DNA of 64,000 bases from Patescibacteria group bacterium (GTDB lineage: Bacteria; Patescibacteriota; Patescibacteriia; GWA2-46-9). Within the stretch, counting starts at the first letter, position 1, and every line of letters starts with the position of its first letter. Position numbers and translations under genes: made by a program. Shown here in pieces: positions 45,748 to 52,730 of the stretch. Below the pieces are notes generated by a model. That model had not been told where the DNA came from. It ran no database searches and worked only from the letters and a program-made list of their open reading frames with translations. The stretch spans positions 69,720 through 133,719 of the forward strand of contig JBAZXG010000004.1 in the NCBI GenBank assembly GCA_041660005.1, in the 5' to 3' direction.

Positions 45748-46012
45748 GCTACCCTCCGTTTCCGACCTTGTGGCCGGTTGCTGTGCTCACTTGAGCCCTA
45801 TGCTAGGAACTGACCGTAAACCATTTTCTTGGCTCTCCATAACCAAGAAAGCGTTACGTAACTTAACAGACGGATTACCGTGTGTCAAAGATGAAAAAAA
45901 TTTGAGTTTAAACTTTCTGCAACCTTTTCAGGAAAAAATGCTGACAAAATTATTATACGAAAAGTGCACATCCTTACGCTAGACACCCTTACCTTTCCTA
46001 GTCGCAGGGTTC

Positions 46013-46621
46013 TTATATGTACGAGGAAACCAGCGAATTACTGCAAGCCATACAACCATTACTGAATGTTTGCCGAACAGGATTGCACGGCGCTTTGACG
46101 CATTGAACGTTCACCGTAGCGCAAACAGGATCAAACTCTTGTGTACATAATTTATTTCGCTGTGACGGCAGACAATCAATATTTCCGTCAGTTATCGGAA
46201 CGAGCCCGGTACAACGCCAATTGATTTCCGCCGTTCTTGTTTCTTCGCTCACCACGCAAGCGGGATTACAACCCTTTTGTGTAGCATTTAAATTAGCATC
46301 GAACCACCACGTTTTAGAATTTTCATTATAATACCCCGAAGTAAGTGACTCTCCACCTTTGATACAGGTCTTCTCGGCAATATCTTTTGCTTCTGCTTCC
46401 GAAATCGTCACAGGAGAAGCAGAATTTTCGGTTGGACAAACGGCAAATTCACAGTTCGGACCACTGCGGCCAACCGCACTTCCGTCCGGACAAATTTTTG
46501 CTTCTTGGGTACAAGATTTTTCAGCTCCTTTTTTTGAAATATTGACTTGGTACATAGCGTAACTAGAGGCACCTATAACAACTACCACAATAACAGCAAC
46601 CAAAATAATTACTTTTTTCAT
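46013..46621 (-). CDS. secreted cysteine-rich protein with C-terminal Kazal-like motif
   Basis: 202 aa; N-terminal signal/TM; 20+ Cys; C-terminal C-x6-PVC-x...-C-x...-FSNGC-xxC reminiscent of Kazal-type inhibitor domains. Confidence 0.45.
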   Translation of the reverse strand: MKKVIILVAVIVVVVIGASSYAMYQVNISKKGAEKSCTQEAKICPDGSAVGRSGPNCEFAVCPTENSASPVTISEAEAKDIAEKTCIKGGESLTSGYYNENSKTWWFDANLNATQKGCNPACVVSEETRTAEINWRCTGLVPITDGNIDCLPSQRNKLCTQEFDPVCATVNVQCVKAPCNPVRQTFSNGCMACSNSLVSSYI

Positions 46622-46747
46622 ATGTTTAAAATCACGTTACTCAATTATTTTATAAATACTACTTTACCAATATACCGCAAATCGAGTGATTCTTCACTCC
46701 ACAACGACATTCCAACATTCTTGCTTGCCCGTCCGTAGTCCGTGATA

Positions 46748-47035
46748 TCAGACGAAGGTGGGAGAATGTGAGAATGTTTTAATGAACGCAACAAAACGTT
46801 TACCGTATGGTGAAAGTGAATGGGCAACCGATCGCCCTTGATAAACTTTATTCACCAATCCTGCATGCACAAGACGCCTCGTGTGCTCAGAAATCGTTTT
46901 AATGTTACATTGTAGCGCCTCGGCAATTTGCTCAACGGTAATGCCGTCTCGTTTATTTATAAGCAAAAGAATCTCGAGGCGACGGTGGTTCGCAGCGCCT
47001 TTAAAGTACCTCTCCAATTGTTTCCCTGTTTTCAT
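46748..47035 (-). CDS. ArsR/SmtB-family transcriptional regulator
   Basis: 95 aa winged HTH (…NHRRLEILLLI…ITVEQIAEALQCNIKTISEHTRRLVHAGLV…). Confidence 0.8.
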   Translation of the reverse strand: MKTGKQLERYFKGAANHRRLEILLLINKRDGITVEQIAEALQCNIKTISEHTRRLVHAGLVNKVYQGRSVAHSLSPYGKRFVAFIKTFSHSPTFV

Positions 47036-47054
47036 ATTATCTACACTACCACAT

Positions 47055-47084
47055 CATTCCTACATTCTCAAGAATGTAGGAATG
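47055..47084. promoter_or_regulatory. 14-bp perfect inverted repeat CATTCCTACATTCT-CA-AGAATGTAGGAATG; probable ArsR operator in a divergent promoter region
   Basis: exact 14+14 inverted repeat with 2-nt spacer, 20-50 nt upstream of the arsR-like start and in the divergent intergenic region towards 47152. Confidence 0.55.
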
Positions 47085-47151
47085 TTACAATAAAAGTAAC
47101 GAACGACATTTTATTTATGCTATCCTATAGGTAATTAAACGATAAACAAAT

Positions 47152-47679
47152 ATGGGGAAACCTGACATCACCAGCACAGGATACTCAGCCGAGCAAGCGG
47201 AAGCAGCTGAATCACTATTTAAAAAAGAGAGGGACGAAGCGGAAAAGCGAGAGTATTTATCTTTAGAAATTTTTCACAGCAAGTATGACCAGAACCTGTG
47301 CGTGATATGGTCAACAGAACAAATGATCAAACTTTTAAGAAACCTGCTACTTAAGTCACCGAGTTACAGCGAAGCAACATCACACCAGGAAGTAGCGTCT
47401 TTAATTTCACCAGGAAATTGTTTGGAATTCGAAATACCATTTAGTGACGGAGTGGTGCGCAAAATAAGATTGGAAATATATATTACCCAATCATCAGGCG
47501 TAAAAGGAGTTGAGTTTTCTATTGCAGTGCCAGATCAATGGATAGAAACAAAATCTGAGTATGGGAACCCGCGCTTTAGCCTGCCCGCTGAAATTTTGTC
47601 TCAACTCAAGGAAATAGTGGAAGACGCAGCAAAAGAATTACCAACAAATATGCAAGATGATGAAAATAAAACCGACTAG
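47152..47679 (+). CDS. hypothetical protein
   Basis: 175 aa; divergent from the ArsR-like gene; stop overlaps the next gene's start; no recognisable domain. Confidence 0.5.
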   Translation: MGKPDITSTGYSAEQAEAAESLFKKERDEAEKREYLSLEIFHSKYDQNLCVIWSTEQMIKLLRNLLLKSPSYSEATSHQEVASLISPGNCLEFEIPFSDGVVRKIRLEIYITQSSGVKGVEFSIAVPDQWIETKSEYGNPRFSLPAEILSQLKEIVEDAAKELPTNMQDDENKTD

Positions 47680-48364
47680 CATCGTCAAGCGAAATCGATA
47701 CTGGAATCAGAGATTTTCCAAAGGTGCTATTTACACAAAGAGGCCATCAAGCATACTAAGCAATTTTCAAATAGCACAGTATCTTAAAAAGGGCAGAGGA
47801 AAGTCAATGCTCGTTGTCGGCGGCGGCTACGGCAGAAACGCGGCTCTTTTAGCCAAACAAGGATGGCGAGTAACCAACACGGACGTTTCGCGTCATGCCA
47901 TAACCCTAGGCAAACAAATATACGAAAGAACACCAAACTTACATTTTCAGATCGATGATGCCACTAAGACAGGATTACCATCAGGGAGGTTTGATGCTGT
48001 TGTGTGTCTTTATGTATTAAGTTTGTTTACACTTGAAGAAGTAGCGGCATGCTTACGCGGTATTCGCCGTGTTTTAAAACCTCATAGTATATTCCTTTGT
48101 AATTTCCTTGCTTTGAGCGATGATGAATATAAACGCAGCACGAAAACAAAATCCAACACTATTCTCTTGGACAAAGGTCAACAACTTGTTCAATTCTATG
48201 CACGAGGAGATGCCACTGCGCTTATTCGTGCCCAAGGTTTTTCAATTAAGCAGGTTCATTACGCAACTGAAATACGTTTTGTGGACATTCTCAAACAGAA
48301 TATCACCTCACGGTCTTGGGTAATAGTGGCTACGAAGTCATCTACAAATAATCCGAAGGCATAA
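47657..48364 (+). CDS. class I SAM-dependent methyltransferase, TehB-like
   Basis: motif I LVVGGGYGRNAALLAKQGWRVTNTDVS parallels TehB [25 protein letters not shown]; acidic post-I and motif II regions. Confidence 0.65.
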   Translation: MMKIKPTSIVKRNRYWNQRFSKGAIYTKRPSSILSNFQIAQYLKKGRGKSMLVVGGGYGRNAALLAKQGWRVTNTDVSRHAITLGKQIYERTPNLHFQIDDATKTGLPSGRFDAVVCLYVLSLFTLEEVAACLRGIRRVLKPHSIFLCNFLALSDDEYKRSTKTKSNTILLDKGQQLVQFYARGDATALIRAQGFSIKQVHYATEIRFVDILKQNITSRSWVIVATKSSTNNPKA

Positions 48365-48478
48365 AGTAACCGAGGTGTGCTTAGGCCCTATCAAAAAATA
48401 AAAAATGCGCCCACTCTTGCTGCTGCAAACCTCGAGTGCTAGAATTATGCAAGTACGCTATCAACCATTTTAATTTTT

Positions 48479-48862
48479 ATGTCAAAATATCGAAATATAC
48501 TTATTGTCATTCTTGTCGCGCTCGTTGTGGTTTTTGGAGGAATCGTGGCATATCTTACGCTCCGCTCGTCTGGGTCACCGAAATATACAGCGGTGTATCT
48601 GACAACCGGTGAAATCTACATTGGTGAGTTAGCGCGGTTCCCAAAATTGACACTAACAAACCCTTACCTTCTGCAGCTCGTGAGAGAGCAGGCAGCGACA
48701 GATCAGTCGGCAGCAAAACCACCATCTTTCCAACTCGTTCCCCTTTCTGGCACCGTATGGGCACCTCAGAAACTCTACCTCAACCCCCAGCAAGTCATTT
48801 TCTCGGCCCCGCTTAGGGACGACAGTAAGGTCGTTCAGGGTATGAACAATAAAAGTAAGTAG
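48479..48862 (+). CDS. hypothetical membrane-anchored protein
   Basis: 127 aa; single N-terminal TM. Confidence 0.45.
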   Translation: MSKYRNILIVILVALVVVFGGIVAYLTLRSSGSPKYTAVYLTTGEIYIGELARFPKLTLTNPYLLQLVREQAATDQSAAKPPSFQLVPLSGTVWAPQKLYLNPQQVIFSAPLRDDSKVVQGMNNKSK

Positions 48863-48912
48863 CTTCTAGTTTGAGCAAAATTTTGAGTTAAAACAAGCAA
48901 AATTATTAAAAC

Positions 48913-48941
48913 AAAACCCCCGGAAACGGGGGTTTTGTTTT
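48913..48941 (+). terminator. rho-independent terminator (CCCCCG-GAAA-CGGGGG + T-run)
   Basis: 6-bp GC stem, GAAA tetraloop, TTTTGTTTT tail; preceding A-run makes it bidirectional. Confidence 0.75.
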
Positions 48942-48964
48942 CAACAAGACATTATTACACAAAT

Positions 48965-48973
48965 ATGCTATAA
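48965..48973 (+). promoter_or_regulatory. extended -10 promoter element TGCTATAAT upstream of the Gly-rich protein gene
   Basis: TGn + consensus TATAAT ~160 nt upstream of the 49134 start; implies a ~150-nt leader containing a hairpin + T6 at 49064-49098. Confidence 0.35.
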
Positions 48974-49133
48974 TTATTTCATGACACACAATAGTCTTAT
49001 GACTAGAAATGTAGTATGAAAGAGTTAAGGTCGATCTCTTTCATCAAAGGAATTAAAGGAATCCGTACATTTTCCTAAAATAGGGGGTACGGTTTTTTAA
49101 TTATTTATCATAAATCTTAAACAAATACTAAGT

Positions 49134-50687
49134 ATGAAGCACTTTAGGAATTCGCTTCGTGGACTCAGTGTTACCATGGTTACGCTCGTAACTATGGCGA
49201 CCGGTACAACGGCTGCTTTGGCGGCGCTAACCTACGGAGCAACGACCGTCACAACTGACGGCGTTTACACACTCGATGGAGTCGCCGCCTCTGTGTACAC
49301 CGTTGGTGGCTCAACGACAACAGGTACGATCACGATTGGCGGCACCGCTCAAACGGGTGCTATAGCTATTGGTGATACCGCCTCTTCAACAGTCTCAGAA
49401 ATTTCTATTGGTGGTGGCGACGGAATTAAAACCGCTATCAACATCGGTGATGGAACCGGAGCAAATGGTATCAATATTGGTGGTACTGGAGCTAATACGA
49501 TTGCCATTGGTAACACCCAAACTGGCGGCTCGGTCAGCATTGGTGCAGCGATGACCGGTGGTACGATCACAATCGGTGGAACTGGTCTACAGGTCGGGAC
49601 CATTGGTATTGGTACCGGTACTGGTGCTCAAGGCATTAACCTTGGAACTGGCGGGACAGGTGCGAAAACCATTGCCATTGGTGGAACCGCAGCAAACGTT
49701 ATTACGTTAGGTAACACCCAAACTGGTGGTTCAGTCAGCATCGGTGCTGCGATGACAACAGGTACAGTTACGATCGGCAGCATGGTCTATACTCCAGCTA
49801 CCCATCCGGCAAGAGATGTATACCAATTTGGAGGAACTGGAAACAGTGCAAAGTTGGCAGTGTTTGCTGATAGTGGAAACGGTGAATATAACGCTTTTAG
49901 TATTCAAGGTGCATCAGCGGCAACCTCAGCTAGTGCTGGAGCAACTATTGGTAACTTTGGCGCTGTTTGGTATAACGCTGATTACAATAATGCATACTCA
50001 CTTGGGACTAAGAGAAATAGGTTTAACATAGGAGCAAACTATGATGCTGACCTTCTTTTGAGCTCTCCTCACCAAGTTAGAATTGTTGCGTCGGATAACA
50101 CAGTGACCGGTGGCGATGCTAACACAGCTACAACAAACGGCGTAGGTAACATTGTTATGATCAGCCGTTCTGATGTAAAAATCAGCCCTTGGGCACTTGC
50201 TGAGTCAGTCGGTAACAATTACCTCATCGTATCCGGAGTTACGCATACGGTAGCCAACCCAGCCCTGACGCCTGGCGTAGACCAATATGCTGCCGGCAAT
50301 ATTACCCTTGAAACAAACGCTGGCGACTTAGTCCTCCAGCCGACTCAAGGTAACGTAACCGTTGGTGGTCATGTTCTGAAATCTATAGGTGCTGCTGTTG
50401 CCGCCGCTGGTACAGATCAGACTAACGGTGTCGCGCTGACCAAAGATATTAACAACGTGACTGGTGCCGACGGAACTAAAGGTGCCGTTCTTCCAACAGC
50501 TGTAGCTGGACTTGATATTACGGTGATTAACCAAGCTGGTAGTACCTTGAAACTGTATGGTTTCGCTGATGCCCAACAGATCAACGGTGTCGGTGGGGCT
50601 ACTGCATATTCTGTCGCTACTATCACTTCAGTACGATGTATAGCTATCTCAACTACCAACTGGGAATGTGAGAAATCAGCTCGCTAA
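49134..50687 (+). CDS. secreted glycine/threonine-rich tandem-repeat protein (beta-helix/pilin-like surface protein)
   Basis: 517 aa; signal peptide (...AALAALTYG); repeated ~45-60 aa units (TIAIGNTQTGGSVSIGAAMTGGTITIGGTG); almost no charged residues in the repeats. Confidence 0.7.
   Translation: MKHFRNSLRGLSVTMVTLVTMATGTTAALAALTYGATTVTTDGVYTLDGVAASVYTVGGSTTTGTITIGGTAQTGAIAIGDTASSTVSEISIGGGDGIKTAINIGDGTGANGINIGGTGANTIAIGNTQTGGSVSIGAAMTGGTITIGGTGLQVGTIGIGTGTGAQGINLGTGGTGAKTIAIGGTAANVITLGNTQTGGSVSIGAAMTTGTVTIGSMVYTPATHPARDVYQFGGTGNSAKLAVFADSGNGEYNAFSIQGASAATSASAGATIGNFGAVWYNADYNNAYSLGTKRNRFNIGANYDADLLLSSPHQVRIVASDNTVTGGDANTATTNGVGNIVMISRSDVKISPWALAESVGNNYLIVSGVTHTVANPALTPGVDQYAAGNITLETNAGDLVLQPTQGNVTVGGHVLKSIGAAVAAAGTDQTNGVALTKDINNVTGADGTKGAVLPTAVAGLDITVINQAGSTLKLYGFADAQQINGVGGATAYSVATITSVRCIAISTTNWECEKSAR
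49490..49800 (+). repeat. imperfect tandem duplication (~180 nt units) inside the Gly-rich gene
   Basis: ...attgccattggtaacacccaaactggcggctcggtcagcattggtgcagcgatgac... recurs ~180 nt later with silent and conservative changes. Confidence 0.5.
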
Positions 50688-50716
50688 CCGTGGTCTAATT
50701 TAGTTTAATTAATTAA

Positions 50717-51880
50717 ATGACCACGCCTATGGATAAAATAGTATCGAGGTGGCGTGTGCGGTCATGGCGGCTGGTTACCTCGTCTCTGGTCGTCGGCCTG
50801 GCAATAATTTCGGCCAGTGCAGCTTCCGCAGCAAGTCTGACCTACTCGTCTGATTCAACGGTTGCCTTAACATCGCCTGCAGTAAACTTCGTCATTGTTG
50901 CCGGTTCAACCGCGTCGGCACTGACTGTTGGAACAGGAAATGTTCAAGTAACAATTAACAACGGCGATTCGTTTACGCTCACCTCAGGAAGTGTTGACTT
51001 TGTTTTAACTGGCGTTGGTGGTGGAGTTACCTCTTCTTTGAGCTGCAACTCTTCTCATGTTGCGCAGGTAATTCTTAGCGCAGTTAGTGGTAGCGCAACA
51101 GTTACCATAGCTCCAGCTGCTGGTCTGTGTACCTACACCTCACCCGGTGGTGGCGGTGGCGGCAGTGGCGGCGGCAGTGGCGGTGGCGGCAGTGGCGGTG
51201 GCAGTATAACGCCAACACCCACGCCTACCCCAACACCTACACCGACTCCTACGCCTACCCCAAGTGGAGATGACTCAACACCATCCGGTAGTAACGAAGG
51301 AACGGTCACGCACTCTGATCTGCCAGATAGTTCCGAAGCTGGCGACGCAACACAACTCGTGGAACGCCTCGGTGTTCCACGTAACGAAGCTGCTGAAACT
51401 ACCAATAACACTAAAATTGGTGACAGCATGCGAGAGTTTGGTGTCACACTAGATGACCAAGCGAGGAATATTGGAACGAACTTTGTAACGTATGGTATTT
51501 CAGACGCTACGAACAAGCTTGGCAGTGGCGAACGCCTCGCGCTTTTGCGTGATCAACTGGAAACCCTCGGTCAGGTAAATCTAACTGCCCTGGAACAACT
51601 CGCGAATGGCGAAAAACCAACGGTCCGAAACCTGTCGAAAGAGCAACTACAACTTTCGAAGGTACTCAAGGCCTTCGTTAAGCTGACTGGTCACCGACCG
51701 AACTATCAGAACGCGAAAGAAGACCTAGCCTGGAACACGATGATGTATCGCGTACGCTTCTCACGTGATCTCGTGAAGGAACGTACGGGTATCGTTCGTT
51801 TTAAGGCAGTCTTCGGTTACACGCCGTCCTCTCCCCTTGACTGGGCGGTCGTTCGTGCCTACGGTTACGCCTTGCATTAG
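50717..51880 (+). CDS. secreted protein with Gly/Ser and (TP)n linkers and a conserved C-terminal module shared with the giant protein
   Basis: 387 aa; signal peptide; GGGGGGSGGGSGGGGSGGGS followed by (TP)10; C-terminal ~150 aa align to the giant protein's C-terminus (FVTYG..T.KLG.GER ... FKA..Y.R.P.S...W..VRA.AY); 29 nt after the preceding gene. Confidence 0.7.
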   Translation: MTTPMDKIVSRWRVRSWRLVTSSLVVGLAIISASAASAASLTYSSDSTVALTSPAVNFVIVAGSTASALTVGTGNVQVTINNGDSFTLTSGSVDFVLTGVGGGVTSSLSCNSSHVAQVILSAVSGSATVTIAPAAGLCTYTSPGGGGGGSGGGSGGGGSGGGSITPTPTPTPTPTPTPTPTPSGDDSTPSGSNEGTVTHSDLPDSSEAGDATQLVERLGVPRNEAAETTNNTKIGDSMREFGVTLDDQARNIGTNFVTYGISDATNKLGSGERLALLRDQLETLGQVNLTALEQLANGEKPTVRNLSKEQLQLSKVLKAFVKLTGHRPNYQNAKEDLAWNTMMYRVRFSRDLVKERTGIVRFKAVFGYTPSSPLDWAVVRAYGYALH

Positions 51881-51901
51881 TTTCAAGGTTTAACTCAGCA
51901 T

Positions 51902-51934
51902 AAAAAAGTCTCGGCCGCGGCCGAGACTTTTTTA
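51902..51934. terminator. bidirectional rho-independent terminator (GTCTCGGCCGCGGCCGAGAC flanked by A6 and T7)
   Basis: perfect 8-bp stem with GCGG loop between convergent genes at 51880 and 51971. Confidence 0.75.
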
Positions 51935-51970
51935 TTTAACTGTCTTCACCACTTTAAATATTAAAAAAAC

Positions 51971-52615
51971 TTACTGCACATTAAAAACATTTTTCCTGCC
52001 ACTCCCTATTACTGTTCGCCGACCATTTTTGACCAACACTGCCTGCCTATCCGTTAACGCAATGACCTCGTACTTTGTTTTTTGAACTGCTTTTTTGATG
52101 GCAGACCTAAACCTTTCTTCAAAATGAGCGGTCACTAAAAAAGGGACCAAGTTTAACCCTTTAAAGTTTTTGAGTCCGACCGAATTTATGTCCGACGGTT
52201 TCCAGGAGGCAGCTTCAATAATCGGGCAGGCAACATAGCTGCCAGCGCTTAGTCCTAGATAAACCCCTCCCCTTTTTACAAAAGACTTTATCTCTTTGTC
52301 TAAACCTGTTTTTCTTATTCGATACAAATACTCAAAGGTGTTGCCGCCAAAAACGAAAATAACGTCAATACCTTTCAAATCACTTTTTTGAATTTTTCTG
52401 TTCAACTGAAAAAAAGTAACGTTCTTCTTTGGAATTTTGATACCTTTAAAATGCCTGAGTTGCCGCAGGATGTACTTATTTCGCTCGAGATACTTTATTG
52501 GCGTTACTACTAAAAAAATCCTAATTTCTGTTGGTTTCTTACGAACCAACTTCAAAAACGCTCTCCCTATTGCGGGGTTTTTCCACCAACCTGCCGAAGT
52601 TAAAAGTAGCTTCAT
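51971..52615 (-). CDS. peptidase S51 family (dipeptidase E/cyanophycinase-like)
   Basis: 214 aa; N-terminal LLLTSAG and FVFGGNTFEYL (GGNT motif), Ser in GLSAGS. Confidence 0.6.
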   Translation of the reverse strand: MKLLLTSAGWWKNPAIGRAFLKLVRKKPTEIRIFLVVTPIKYLERNKYILRQLRHFKGIKIPKKNVTFFQLNRKIQKSDLKGIDVIFVFGGNTFEYLYRIRKTGLDKEIKSFVKRGGVYLGLSAGSYVACPIIEAASWKPSDINSVGLKNFKGLNLVPFLVTAHFEERFRSAIKKAVQKTKYEVIALTDRQAVLVKNGRRTVIGSGRKNVFNVQ

Positions 52616-52730
52616 GTTTTAATCGTACCAGAAACTGTAAAAGTAACATACTTTGTAAAACGCACTGAACACCGACTACGTAAACAGACGCTACCTTACT
52701 ATGATATAATTTTTATACTCATCGAAACAA

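Noticed and set aside
46763-46777. Direct repeat AGAATGTGAGAATGT as a second operator
   Set aside because: It lies inside the 3' coding end of the ArsR-like gene (encodes ...FSHSP...) and may simply reflect codon composition; noted under the operator finding but not called as a feature.
47657-48364. Calling the methyltransferase an arsenite methyltransferase (ArsM) because of the adjacent ArsR-family regulator
   Set aside because: Lacks the conserved Cys triad of ArsM and is shorter; the motif I region resembles TehB-type methyltransferases instead.
51143-51255. GGC/GGT and ACN-CCN simple-sequence repeats as an independent repeat/mobile feature
   Set aside because: They encode the in-frame GGGS and (TP)10 linkers of the secreted protein at 50717..51880; coding low-complexity, not a separate element.
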